Shown here: piece after piece, positions 1-9,883 of the stretch
Layout of the letters: each line of letters opens with the position of its first letter
How positions within the stretch are numbered: position 1 is the stretch's first letter
The notes under the pieces: generated by a model
The model's database searches: none
The model's input: the letters and a program-made list of their open reading frames with translations, nothing else
What the model was told of the DNA's origin: nothing
Assembly (NCBI GenBank): GCA_938008395.1
Contig: CALLKG010000057.1
Location: 2,000-65,999 of the forward strand
Direction of reading: 5' to 3'
DNA length: 64,000 nucleotides
Source of the DNA: Corynebacterium tuberculostearicum
GTDB lineage: Bacteria; Actinomycetota; Actinomycetes; Mycobacteriales; Mycobacteriaceae
Position numbers and translations under genes: made by a program

Positions 1-1
1 C

Positions 2-715
2 TTCACCACCGGAATCGATACCGGAGCCCCGACGGCGCTGCGCGAGCGTCCCAGCACTAAGCGTGCCCCGAGCCGCACTCGCGTGCCGCACCGCAGCACT
101 AAGCGACTGGGTTCGAAGCAGGTGGTTAGCTTCCGCGGGCGCCAACTGCAGCCGCAGACGAAGAAGAACGGGCTCCTTACCCGGTTGGGTGTCATTTCCC
201 TCACGCTGCTTATCGTCGGCGTGGCCTTGGCCATGTGGCTGTCGGGTCTGTCTACCAAGCAAACCTTTGCCATCCAGCAGCTGACCGTGCAGGATTCCCA
301 ACTGGATAACCAGATTGAGACCCTCAACCGCGATGCAGAAAACCTCAGCTCTTCTGCTGATATTGCGCGCCGCGCGGACAAAATGGGAATGGCCATTCCC
401 AAGCAGCCGGGCATTGCGGAAGTCGGCGGCGATGGAAAGATCGTCGACAAGCGCGAAGGCACCCCGGATACCGAAAAGCTCATTGATGTCAACGGTGAAC
501 CAATCCGCCCGGGCCAGGCTTCTAGCGACCCAAAGGACACTGAGGGGATGTCGGATTCCCTCAATGCCGTGCCACAGGGACAGCAGCGCACCAGCAATGG
601 TGGCGATGCCGGCGACCGCAACTCGGACCGCGAGACCGGCGATGCCGGTGCCTCCCAAGACAATGCGCGACCTAACCTTCCTGCCCGTGCGCCGTATGCC
701 AGCCGCGCCGAGTAG
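2..715 (+). CDS. FtsL-like cell division membrane protein (5' end outside window)
   Basis: Frame is open from nt 2 with no upstream stop; one TM helix (LGVISLTLLIVGVALAMWL) followed by a coiled coil (QQLTVQDSQLDNQIETLNRD); lies directly upstream of ftsI, the ftsL position in dcw clusters. Confidence 0.7.
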   Translation, partial: FTTGIDTGAPTALRERPSTKRAPSRTRVPHRSTKRLGSKQVVSFRGRQLQPQTKKNGLLTRLGVISLTLLIVGVALAMWLSGLSTKQTFAIQQLTVQDSQLDNQIETLNRDAENLSSSADIARRADKMGMAIPKQPGIAEVGGDGKIVDKREGTPDTEKLIDVNGEPIRPGQASSDPKDTEGMSDSLNAVPQGQQRTSNGGDAGDRNSDRETGDAGASQDNARPNLPARAPYASRAE

Positions 716-744
716 CTAGAGAAGAATAATCGGTGAAAAAGATG

Positions 745-780
745 ATGCTCGCGCGTGGTGGCGCGGGCATTCTCACTTTT
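745..780 (+). terminator. Hairpin with T-rich tail between ftsL-like gene and ftsI
   Basis: ATGCTCGCGC (745-754) pairs with GCGCGGGCAT (761-770, one G-U), followed by TCTCACTTTT. Confidence 0.45.
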
Positions 781-841
781 GTAGGGCACAATCAATACAC
801 GCAAGAAATTGTGGCGGAAATAGGGAAGGTGACACTGGACT

Positions 842-2782
842 GTGACTACGCCAAGTAAGGCTAGGCGCCGCCCGCGCCGCTCTGCCAGCTCCGCGGTGCC
901 GCAAAAGAAAATGATGCGCAAACGCCTGCGCATCATCGTATCCGTGGTGCTCGTGGCGATGGTCGTCCTCGCTGGGCGCTTGGCGTGGGTGCAGCTTGTG
1001 TGGGGCCCAGACCTTTCCGCCAAGGCCGTAACGCAGCGCGAGCGCGTCTATATTGAGCCGGCCCGTAGGGGAGAGATCTTAGACCGTGATGGCCAGCGCC
1101 TCGCCTACACGATGAAGTCTCGTTCCTTGACTGTCTCGCCGACCCGACTTCGCGATGAGCTAAAGGACAAGGCCGAGATCGAGGCCCAAAACGATGGCTC
1201 GACCGAGGGCATGGATGATAAGAAGCTGGATAGCTTCCTCACCAAGAAGATGGAGCAGACCCTCAAGGACATGTCTGAGGGAATCCCGAAGCTGATTGAG
1301 GATTCCGGCGCCTCGACCTCCAAGGTGGATAAGGACGACATCCTCAATAAGCTCAAAGCCGATACCCAGTATGAGGTACTAGTGCGCAATGTCGATCCGG
1401 ATGTTGCCGTAGAGATCGCCAATAAGTACCACGGAGTGGCAGCGGACCGCCAAGACATCCGCCAGTACCCCAACGGCGCCATTGGTGAAAACGTTGTGGG
1501 CAAGGTGTCGATGGATGGCCATGGACAGTTCGGTTTCGAGGCCGCGCGGGATACGGAACTTACTGGCATTGACGGCCAGTCCACCGAGGACGTATCCGCA
1601 GATGGCCAGGTGATCCCGGGCACGTTGCGTGACGTCGTGGATACCGTTGATGGTCGCGACGTCACCCTCACTTTGGATCTGGACCTGCAGACCTACGTTC
1701 AGCAAAAGCTGGAAAAGGCCAAGGCCAACTCCAAGGCTTCTGGTGCGGAAGCAGTAGTTCTCGATGCTGCCACCGGCCAGGTCCTTGCCATGGCCAATAC
1801 CGATACCGTGGATCCCAATAAGAATGTTGAGGATCAGCTTGATGAGGGTAAGGACTTTGAAAACCGCAGCGTCTCCCATCCTTATGAGCCGGGGTCTGTA
1901 GCCAAGGTGGTTACCGCGGCTGCTGCATTGCAGGAGGGCGTGACCACCCCGGATGAGGTGCACCAGGTCCCCGGTTCCATCGATATGGCGGGCGTGACGG
2001 TCAATGATGCCTGGGAACACGGCACCGAGCCGTATACCACCACCGGCATCTTTGGTAAGTCCTCCAACGTCGGTACCTTGATGATCGCCGATAAGTTGGG
2101 CCAAGAGAAGTACGCCGAGTACCTCAAGAAGTTTGGGTTGGGCAATACCACCGGTATTGAGCTGCCGAACGAATCGGCCGGCAGCGTCCCAGACTTGGAG
2201 CAATGGTCCGGCGGCACCTTCGCTAACCTGCCTATTGGCCAGGGCCAGTCGTGGACCACTTTGCAGATGGCCAGCGTCTACCAAGCGTTGGCCAATGGCG
2301 GCGAGCGTATCGAGCCGCGCATCATTGACTCGGTCAAGGGCCCAGACGGCAAGGACGAAAAGCTAGAGGAACCGGAAAAGAACCAGGTGGTAAGCCCTGA
2401 AACGGCCAAGACTACCGTGGATATGTTCCGCGCCGTCTTCCAGGACGATGATGCCGGCCTGCAAAACGGTACGGCCGGCAATGCGCAGCTTAAGGGCTAT
2501 CAGCTTTCCGGCAAGACCGGTACGGCCCAGAAGGTGGACCCAAATACCTGGGCGTATTCGAATTCCGCCTATAGGATCACCTTTGCCGGCATTGCGCCGG
2601 CCGATGATCCGCGCTTCGTTGTTGCCGTCATGCTGGATGAGCCTAAGTCCGGCGTGGAGGACAATGGAGGCGGCGGCCAGTCGGCGGCACCTATCTTCCG
2701 CGATATCGCCTCGTGGCTACTTAATCGTGACAATATTCCGACTTCGAAACCAGCACCGCGGCTGACCCTGCGGGCACAATAG
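842..2782 (+). CDS. ftsI: Class B penicillin-binding protein FtsI
   Basis: N-terminal TM anchor; transpeptidase motifs EPGSVAK (SxxK), KSSN (SxN), SGKTGTAQ (KTG); dcw position. Confidence 0.95.
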   Translation: MTTPSKARRRPRRSASSAVPQKKMMRKRLRIIVSVVLVAMVVLAGRLAWVQLVWGPDLSAKAVTQRERVYIEPARRGEILDRDGQRLAYTMKSRSLTVSPTRLRDELKDKAEIEAQNDGSTEGMDDKKLDSFLTKKMEQTLKDMSEGIPKLIEDSGASTSKVDKDDILNKLKADTQYEVLVRNVDPDVAVEIANKYHGVAADRQDIRQYPNGAIGENVVGKVSMDGHGQFGFEAARDTELTGIDGQSTEDVSADGQVIPGTLRDVVDTVDGRDVTLTLDLDLQTYVQQKLEKAKANSKASGAEAVVLDAATGQVLAMANTDTVDPNKNVEDQLDEGKDFENRSVSHPYEPGSVAKVVTAAAALQEGVTTPDEVHQVPGSIDMAGVTVNDAWEHGTEPYTTTGIFGKSSNVGTLMIADKLGQEKYAEYLKKFGLGNTTGIELPNESAGSVPDLEQWSGGTFANLPIGQGQSWTTLQMASVYQALANGGERIEPRIIDSVKGPDGKDEKLEEPEKNQVVSPETAKTTVDMFRAVFQDDDAGLQNGTAGNAQLKGYQLSGKTGTAQKVDPNTWAYSNSAYRITFAGIAPADDPRFVVAVMLDEPKSGVEDNGGGGQSAAPIFRDIASWLLNRDNIPTSKPAPRLTLRAQ

Positions 2783-2791
2783 GAGCTTAGT

Positions 2792-4327
2792 ATGACCGTT
2801 TCTTTGGATACTCTCGCCCAGCTTTCTGGCGGGCGCGTCATTGGTGATGCCACCGTGGAGGTTTCCGCGTGCGGGCTGGATTCTTCCCGTTTGCCGGAAG
2901 GCGCGCTCTTTGCCGCCCTGCCGGGCACGCGCGTACACGGCGCGCAGTTCGCTCGCGATACCAAGGCGGGAGCTGTGCTTACCGACGCCGCCGGACTCGA
3001 CCTGCTTACCGAAGCCCAAGAGACCCGCCCCATCTTGGTGGTAGAGGATATTCGTGCCGTGCTCGGTCCAATCTCCGCCGAGATTTATGGCCACCCCACC
3101 CGCGACCTGACGGTTATCGGCGTTACCGGCACCTCCGGCAAGACCACCACCAGCTACCTGCTGGAGGCTGGCCTGCTCCACGCCGGGCATTCTGTGGGCC
3201 TTATCGGAACCACCGGTACCCGTATCAACCGCACGCCGGTTCCCACCTCGCTCACCACGCCTGAGGCGCCGACCCTACAAGAGCTTTTCGCGCGCATGAA
3301 GAACGAGGGCGTTACCCACGTGGTGATGGAAGTGTCCTCGCACGCGCTGGAGCTAGGACGCGTGCGCGGAACTCGGTTTGCGGTAGGCGGGTTCACGAAC
3401 CTGAGCCAGGACCACCTTGATTTTCACCCCACCATGGAGGACTACTTCCAGGCTAAGGCGAAGCTTTTCGCCGGGGAACAGGCGGCGGAACGAGCCGTCC
3501 TCTGCATCGATGATGAGTGGGGCGAGCGCATGCGCGGCGTCGCCAAGAGCGCCGGCCACCCAGTTACTACGGTTGCCACCCAGGGCGCTTCGGCCACGAT
3601 TAGCGCGCGCCAAACCGCCGCTGAGGCCACCGGTGCCCAGGAGGTAGCCCTGAATTATGACGGTGCCGATTTCACCTTCCGGCTGCCGCTGCCTGGTGAG
3701 TTCAATATCGCCAATGCCTGCTTGGCACTCGGCATGGCCACCGCGGTAGGAGAGGACCCAGCGGAGTTCCTATCGGGAGTGGAGAAGGTCGCAGTCCCCG
3801 GCCGCATGGAGCGCATCGACCGCGGCCAAGACTTTGTAGCCGTAGTGGACTATGCACATAAGCCGGCGGCCATCGCTGCGGTGCTCGACACCTTGCGCGG
3901 CCAGCTGGAGGGAACCAAAGGCCGCGTCGGCATTGTCGTCGGCGCCGGCGGAGACCGCGATAGCTCTAAGCGCCCCATCATGGGCGCAGCCGCAGCCAGC
4001 CGCGCAGACCTCACCGTGGTGACCGATGACAACCCTCGCTCCGAGGACCCCGCCACCATTCGCGCGGCGGTGATGGCGGGCGCACGTGACGCCGCCCCAG
4101 AAGGCGATATCCGCGAGGTAGGCTCCCGCGCCCGTGCCATCGATGAGGTCGTCGATTGGGCCGAGCCGGGCGATGCTGTCATCGTCGTGGGCAAGGGCCA
4201 CGAGGTGGGACAGCTCGTGAACGGAAAGACCTTGCATTTTGATGACCGCGAGGAAATGGCCCGCGCCATCGAGGAAAAGCTGGCCGGAACCCCGCACCGC
4301 GATACCCTTGGGGATGCGAAGGAGTAG
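2792..4327 (+). CDS. murE: UDP-MurNAc-dipeptide:meso-DAP ligase
   Basis: GVTGTSGKTTT P-loop, LTTPE, MEVSSH, DYAHKP and DDNPRSE (DAP-specific) motifs. Confidence 0.97.
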   Translation: MTVSLDTLAQLSGGRVIGDATVEVSACGLDSSRLPEGALFAALPGTRVHGAQFARDTKAGAVLTDAAGLDLLTEAQETRPILVVEDIRAVLGPISAEIYGHPTRDLTVIGVTGTSGKTTTSYLLEAGLLHAGHSVGLIGTTGTRINRTPVPTSLTTPEAPTLQELFARMKNEGVTHVVMEVSSHALELGRVRGTRFAVGGFTNLSQDHLDFHPTMEDYFQAKAKLFAGEQAAERAVLCIDDEWGERMRGVAKSAGHPVTTVATQGASATISARQTAAEATGAQEVALNYDGADFTFRLPLPGEFNIANACLALGMATAVGEDPAEFLSGVEKVAVPGRMERIDRGQDFVAVVDYAHKPAAIAAVLDTLRGQLEGTKGRVGIVVGAGGDRDSSKRPIMGAAAASRADLTVVTDDNPRSEDPATIRAAVMAGARDAAPEGDIREVGSRARAIDEVVDWAEPGDAVIVVGKGHEVGQLVNGKTLHFDDREEMARAIEEKLAGTPHRDTLGDAKE

Positions 4328-4329
4328 AC

Positions 4330-5859
4330 ATGATTCCACTTTCTATTGCCGATATTGCCGAAATTACCGGGGGCAACCTCGATTGCGTGTCTGACCCAGA
4401 CCAGCGCGTTACCGGGTTCATCGAATTCGATTCCCGCAAGGTAACGAAGGGCGGGCTTTTCCTTGCCCTACCCGGTGCCCGTGTGGATGGCCACGACTAT
4501 GCAGAAAAGGCCATCGAGCAGGGCGCAGTGGCGGTGTTGGCGGCGCGGCCGGTGGGGGTTCCGGCGGTCGTCGTCAAGCCCCAAGGCCGCGTAACCGGTG
4601 ATGCCGCCAACGCGGATATCTATGCGCACGACGAGGACGGCTCGGCCGCCGCGGTGGTGCAGGCGCTATCCGATATCGCGAGAGAAGTCACGCGCCGCCT
4701 GACCGCCGAGCAGGGCCTAGACATCGTGGGCGTAACCGGCTCGGCCGGAAAGACCTCCACCAAGGACCTACTGGCTACCATTTTCCGCGCTGAGGGCGAC
4801 ACCGTCGCTCCTCCCGGCTCCTTTAATAACGAGGTCGGCCTGCCGTATACCGCTTTGCGCTGCGATGAGCATACCCGCTTCCTGGTTGCCGAAATGTCTG
4901 CCCGCGGCATCGGTCATATCCGTCACCTGACCACCATTACCGCGCCCACCGTCGGCGTGGTACTCAACGTTGGTACCGCGCACTTGGGTGAGTTTGGCTC
5001 ACGGGAAAATATTGCCCAGGCCAAAGGCGAGCTCGTGGAAGCCTTGCCCTCGGCCGCTGAGGGCGGCGTCGCTGTGCTCAATGCCGATGATCCCTTCGTC
5101 GCCGGCATGGCGCCGCGCACTTCGGCCAAGGTCGTCTACTACTCGGCCAATAAGCCGCCGGCTTCCGACGCCCAGTACTACGCCAGCGATATCCAGCTCG
5201 ATGACGTCGCCCGCCCCTCGTTTGTGCTGCATGCGCCGGGAACGGACCCACTTCCGGTGAAGCTGCAGGTCTTTGGCAAGCACCAGGTTTCTAACGCTTT
5301 GGCAGCGGCCGCCGCGGCCATCGAATCGGGCATGGACCCGCAGGTGGTAGCCAACGCGCTATCCGGGCACCAGAATGCCTCGGAACACCGCATGGACGTG
5401 CGTACCCGCCGCGATGGAGTAACCACCATCGATGATTCCTATAACGCCAACCCCGATTCCATGCACGCGGCCATTGCTGCGCTGGCCTATACCTCGGCCG
5501 CCCGACCGGATGCCCGCGCCATCGCCGTGCTCGGTGAGATGGGCGAGCTCGGCGGAGAAGCAGTGGCCGCCCACCGCGCATTGGGAGAGGTGCTTTCCAA
5601 GTACCATGTTGACCACCTCGTGGCCGTGGGAGACAACGATAATATGAGGGCCATGGTTGAGGCCGCACAGGCGCGGGGTATAAATACTACTATCAGCCCG
5701 GATGTTGACGCCGCTGCGGCGGCGGTCGAAGACATCATTAGGGTAGCGCCTGCCGGCATCGAAGATTGGACGGGGCGCGAGGCCAAAGATGTAGTCCTCA
5801 TCAAGTCATCGAATGCCCAGCGCCTGTGGCGCGTGGCAGAACAGCTCAATCGCCATTAG
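4330..5859 (+). CDS. murF: UDP-MurNAc-tripeptide:D-Ala-D-Ala ligase
   Basis: DGHDY, VTGSAGKTSTK, SFNNEVG, DDSYNANP, LGEMGELG motifs. Confidence 0.97.
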   Translation: MIPLSIADIAEITGGNLDCVSDPDQRVTGFIEFDSRKVTKGGLFLALPGARVDGHDYAEKAIEQGAVAVLAARPVGVPAVVVKPQGRVTGDAANADIYAHDEDGSAAAVVQALSDIAREVTRRLTAEQGLDIVGVTGSAGKTSTKDLLATIFRAEGDTVAPPGSFNNEVGLPYTALRCDEHTRFLVAEMSARGIGHIRHLTTITAPTVGVVLNVGTAHLGEFGSRENIAQAKGELVEALPSAAEGGVAVLNADDPFVAGMAPRTSAKVVYYSANKPPASDAQYYASDIQLDDVARPSFVLHAPGTDPLPVKLQVFGKHQVSNALAAAAAAIESGMDPQVVANALSGHQNASEHRMDVRTRRDGVTTIDDSYNANPDSMHAAIAALAYTSAARPDARAIAVLGEMGELGGEAVAAHRALGEVLSKYHVDHLVAVGDNDNMRAMVEAAQARGINTTISPDVDAAAAAVEDIIRVAPAGIEDWTGREAKDVVLIKSSNAQRLWRVAEQLNRH

Positions 5860-5889
5860 TCCTCAGTACAAGGAGAAAGACCTCTAGCA

Positions 5890-6996
5890 ATGACTCAGAT
5901 CATTATCGCGGGCATCCTCAGCTTCCTCGTCGCGATCTTTACCACTCCCATGTTGGTGCGCTACTTTTCCGGTGTAGGCAAGGGGCAAGAAATCCGCGAG
6001 GACGGACCGCAGCTGCACCTGCGCAAGCGCGGCACCCCCACCATGGGCGGACTGGCGATTTTGCTGGCCATCACCGTGGCCTACCTCGTGGTGGGAACTT
6101 ATGCCCGCGTGACCGGTAACGGTGGTTTTAGCCCCTCCGGTCTTTTGGTCTACTTCCTCACCATGGGCCTGGGCGGTCTGGGTTTTGCCGATGACTTCAT
6201 CAAGCTGTTCAAAAAGCGCAACCTCGGCCTGAACAAGACCGCCAAGCTGGTAGGTCAGCTGGCCGTGGCGCTCATCTTCGGAATCCTGGCGCTGCAGTTC
6301 CCAGACGAGCACGGATTGACCCCAGCGTCTACTAACCTTTCCTTCGTTCGCGATTTTGAAACCTTCGACATCGCCGTGGGTGGCGCCATCATCGGCACCA
6401 TCGTTTTCCTGGTCTTTCTCTATCTACTCATTGCTGCGTGGTCGAACGCCGTGAACCTCACCGACGGACTCGACGGCTTGGCCGCAGGCACCACCGCGAT
6501 GGTGATGGGCGCCTACGCACTGATTTCCTTCTGGCAGTTCCGCAACTCTTGTGCGGTCTCGCCAGCGGCAGGGTGCTATGAAGTTCGCGATCCGCTCGAC
6601 TTGGCTGTACTGGCTGCAGCTGGCCTGGGCGGTTGCTTGGGCTTTTTGTGGTGGAATGCTGCACCGGCCAAGATCTTCATGGGCGATACCGGTTCGCTAG
6701 CACTCGGCGGCCTCGTCGCCGGCCTATCGGTGACCACTCGCACCGAACTGCTCATGATCATCATCGGCGCTATCTTCGTGATTGAGACGGTCTCCGTGGT
6801 TATCCAGATCATCGTCTTCCGCAGCACCGGTAAGCGCTTCTTCCGCATGGCGCCCATCCACCACCACTTTGAAAATGGTGGCTGGGCCGAGACCGCCGTC
6901 GTCACCCGCTTCTGGCTGCTGAGCGCCATGGCCGCTATTGCCGGCGTATGCATCTTCTACGGCGACTGGCTGTCTGCCGTCGGCTTTGCTTCCTAA
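5890..6996 (+). CDS. mraY: Phospho-MurNAc-pentapeptide transferase
   Basis: Polytopic membrane protein with [38 protein letters not shown]; SD AAGGAG upstream. Confidence 0.97.
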   Translation: MTQIIIAGILSFLVAIFTTPMLVRYFSGVGKGQEIREDGPQLHLRKRGTPTMGGLAILLAITVAYLVVGTYARVTGNGGFSPSGLLVYFLTMGLGGLGFADDFIKLFKKRNLGLNKTAKLVGQLAVALIFGILALQFPDEHGLTPASTNLSFVRDFETFDIAVGGAIIGTIVFLVFLYLLIAAWSNAVNLTDGLDGLAAGTTAMVMGAYALISFWQFRNSCAVSPAAGCYEVRDPLDLAVLAAAGLGGCLGFLWWNAAPAKIFMGDTGSLALGGLVAGLSVTTRTELLMIIIGAIFVIETVSVVIQIIVFRSTGKRFFRMAPIHHHFENGGWAETAVVTRFWLLSAMAAIAGVCIFYGDWLSAVGFAS

Positions 6997-7038
6997 GACT
7001 CACGCCTTTTTAGCTTTATCGAGGAAAGAGGAATAGAG

Positions 7039-8430
7039 ATGACCGAGTTGCCATCCTCGTTGCGCGGGCGAGTGCTCGTGGCCGGGGCGGGAGTATCGGG
7101 GCGCGGTTGCGTCGCTATGCTGGCAAGCCTCGGGGTGGATACCACCGTTGCAGATTCCAACGAGACCGCGCTGGCGGAATTGGCGGAGGAATTCGGGGTA
7201 GCAACCGTCTCCGTCGATTCTGCCGCCCAGGGCGATTTTGACCTTGTGGTTACTTCGCCGGGCTGGCGTCCCGATTCGCCTTTGTTGGTTGCTTTCCAGG
7301 ACGCTGGGGTAGAGGTCATCGGTGACGTGGAGCTGGCCTACCGCCTGGATCGTGCGGGCGTCTTCGGCGCGCCGCGCACCTGGCTGGTAGTTACCGGAAC
7401 CAACGGCAAAACCACCACTACCGGTATGTTGGCCCAGATCATGCAGGCAGATGCCCAGCGCACCGGCAAGCGCGCACTGGCGGTGGGCAATATCGGCGTG
7501 TCGCTTTTCGACGCCCTCACGGCCACCCCTCGCGTCGACGTTCTCTGCGCCGAGCTATCTTCTTTCCAGTTGCATTGGTCCAGCCACTTGCGCCCGGATG
7601 TGGGCGTGTTGCTGAACCTGGCAGACGATCACCTGGATTGGCATGGATCGTTCGATGCCTATGCCCGCGCGAAGGCCAAGGTGCTCTCCGGTGACGTCGC
7701 TGTGGTGGGCAAGGATGACGCCGAGGCGGTCCGCTACGCCGCAGATACCACAGACTTCTACGGCTTTACCGCCGCTGAACCCACACAGGGAGAGGTGGGC
7801 GTAAGCGCCGGCCGTCTTGTCTCGCGGCTTAACGAGCAGCGCGAGGATCTCGCGTCCGCAGAGGGCATTGAGCCCGCCGGCCTGGCAGGAGTCCTAGACG
7901 CTGCGGCCGCAGCCAGCGTCGCGCGTCTGGCAGGCGCCACCCCGGAGTCCATTGCACAGGGGCTGGCAGCGTATACCGTGGCCGGGCACCGCGGCGCTGT
8001 GGTCCATGAGCATTCCGGCATCACGTTCATCGATAATTCCAAGGCCACCAACCCGCACGCGGCGGATGCGGCGCTCAAGGGGCTCAATTCCGTGGTCTGG
8101 ATTGCCGGCGGGCAGTTGAAGGGCGCGGAGGTAGACGGGCTCGTCGCCAAGCACGCCGCCCACATCAAGGCCGCGGTAGTCCTAGGCGTGGATAGGGAAG
8201 AGGTTGCCCGGGCACTCGCCGCGCACGCGCCGCATGCCCCGGTGGACGTCATCGAAACGCAGGAGCCTGTCGCAGCCATGCATGCTGCGGTGGAGGCTGC
8301 ACTGCAACACGCCGACGCCGGGGATACCGTTCTTTTGGCGCCGGCTGCGGCATCGTTGGATATGTATACCGGCATGGCTCAACGCGGTGATTTTTTCGCC
8401 GCGGCCGCGCGGGAGCTTACCCGTAAGTAG
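7039..8430 (+). CDS. murD: UDP-MurNAc-L-Ala:D-Glu ligase
   Basis: GAGVSG, VTGTNGKTTT, ELSSFQL, DHLDWH, DNSKATN, LAPAAASLD motifs. Confidence 0.97.
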   Translation: MTELPSSLRGRVLVAGAGVSGRGCVAMLASLGVDTTVADSNETALAELAEEFGVATVSVDSAAQGDFDLVVTSPGWRPDSPLLVAFQDAGVEVIGDVELAYRLDRAGVFGAPRTWLVVTGTNGKTTTTGMLAQIMQADAQRTGKRALAVGNIGVSLFDALTATPRVDVLCAELSSFQLHWSSHLRPDVGVLLNLADDHLDWHGSFDAYARAKAKVLSGDVAVVGKDDAEAVRYAADTTDFYGFTAAEPTQGEVGVSAGRLVSRLNEQREDLASAEGIEPAGLAGVLDAAAAASVARLAGATPESIAQGLAAYTVAGHRGAVVHEHSGITFIDNSKATNPHAADAALKGLNSVVWIAGGQLKGAEVDGLVAKHAAHIKAAVVLGVDREEVARALAAHAPHAPVDVIETQEPVAAMHAAVEAALQHADAGDTVLLAPAAASLDMYTGMAQRGDFFAAAARELTRK

Positions 8431-8459
8431 AGCTTTAGATTTAAGGATCAGGAGAACAC

Positions 8460-9860
8460 ATGACGGCCACCTCCCAGCAGCGCCCGCGCTCCAAGAGTTT
8501 TGGCGACCGCGTTCGCGACCTGCGCGAGCGAGCCCGACAGGAAGCAGGCCTTGATTACCAGCTGCTGCGCTTTATCATCTTTTTCCTCGTCGGCATCGGC
8601 GTGCTCATGGTCTTTTCCTCCTCCATGGCCACCTCTTTGACAGAAGACGGCGGCGTATGGAACCAGGCATTGCGCCAGTGCGTGATGGTGTTCTTGGGCC
8701 TCGTTGCCTTTTGGTTTGGCCTCAAGGTGTCGCCGCATACCCTGCGCAAATGCGTGCCGTGGATTGTGGGCTTGTCCATCATTTTGCTCATCGCCGTGCT
8801 GATCCCCGGCGTGGGCACCGGCCGCGAGGAGGTAGGTTCCCAGTCCTGGATTTACTTGGGCCCGTTCTCCCTGCAGCCCTCGGAGCTTGCCCGCATCGCC
8901 GTAGGCATGTTTGGTGCGACCGTATTGGCGGATAAGGAGCACAAATCCATGAAGGTGACGGATCCCTTCATGATGTACTCCCTCATCGCCGGCGTTATGT
9001 TCTTGCTCATCGTCTTTCAGGGCGACTTGGGTATGGCTTTGTCCTTTGCCCTCGTGGTGGTCTTCACCCTGATTTTCGCGGGTGTCGACTGGCGGGTCCC
9101 CGCGACCATCGGCGTCGCAGCAGTGTGTGGTTTGCTGTTTATCTTCCTTTCTGGCGGCTTCCGCTCTAACCGCTTCCACACCTATTTCGACGCCCTAGTG
9201 GGCAATATCTCCGATACTCAAGGTACGGGTTTCCAGTCCTATCAGGGCTTTCTCTCGCTTGCCGACGGCGGCTTCTGGGGCGTAGGCATCGGCCAATCTC
9301 GTGCCAAGTGGTTCTACCTGCCCGAGGCGAAGAATGACTTTATTTTCGCCATCGTGGGTGAGGAACTCGGCTGGTGGGGCGGTGCGCTCGTCATCGTGCT
9401 ATTCGCCGCCTTGGGTTATGTGGGCCTGCGCACCGCAATGCGCGCGCAGAACCAGTTCCAGTCCCTGCTCGCTGCCACGCTGACCATCGGTGTGGTCACG
9501 CAGGCCTTCGTGAATATCGGCTACGTCATTGGCCTGCTGCCGGTGACCGGTATTCAGCTGCCCATGATTTCCGCCGGCGGTACCGCGGCGATCATCACGA
9601 TCGGCTCGATGGGCATCTTGTGCAACGTGGCGCGTCATGAGCCGATGCAGATTTCCGCCATGCAGAATTTCGGCCGCCCACTGTTCGACCGCCTCTTTTT
9701 CATCGGCGAGCCGCAGCCGGTGCCGAAGCCGAAGAAGAAGCAGCAGGGTCGTCACGCTCGTCCGCAGGAGCCGCGATCCCGCGTGCGCGAGGAGCGTTTT
9801 GGACGCCCCGTGACCGGAAGCGGCCGCCGCTATCCGCGCGCCGAGCGCCGCTATCGCTAG
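8460..9860 (+). CDS. ftsW: SEDS peptidoglycan polymerase FtsW
   Basis: Multiple TM helices; SLQPSE, QGDLG, YLPEAKNDFIFA, LPMISAGG motifs. Confidence 0.95.
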   Translation: MTATSQQRPRSKSFGDRVRDLRERARQEAGLDYQLLRFIIFFLVGIGVLMVFSSSMATSLTEDGGVWNQALRQCVMVFLGLVAFWFGLKVSPHTLRKCVPWIVGLSIILLIAVLIPGVGTGREEVGSQSWIYLGPFSLQPSELARIAVGMFGATVLADKEHKSMKVTDPFMMYSLIAGVMFLLIVFQGDLGMALSFALVVVFTLIFAGVDWRVPATIGVAAVCGLLFIFLSGGFRSNRFHTYFDALVGNISDTQGTGFQSYQGFLSLADGGFWGVGIGQSRAKWFYLPEAKNDFIFAIVGEELGWWGGALVIVLFAALGYVGLRTAMRAQNQFQSLLAATLTIGVVTQAFVNIGYVIGLLPVTGIQLPMISAGGTAAIITIGSMGILCNVARHEPMQISAMQNFGRPLFDRLFFIGEPQPVPKPKKKQQGRHARPQEPRSRVREERFGRPVTGSGRRYPRAERRYR

Positions 9861-9870
9861 GTGGCGCTGG

Positions 9871-9883
9871 TAGCCTTTAGGCT
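9871..9883 (+). promoter_or_regulatory. Internal leaderless promoter (-10) for murG
   Basis: TAGCCT at 9871-9876, 7 nt before ATG 9884. Confidence 0.55.

Noticed and set aside
52-105. CAGCACTAAGCG twice, 42 bp apart, as a CRISPR-like or regulatory repeat
   Set aside because: Only two copies, in frame within the ftsL-like ORF (STKR); no array or cas genes.
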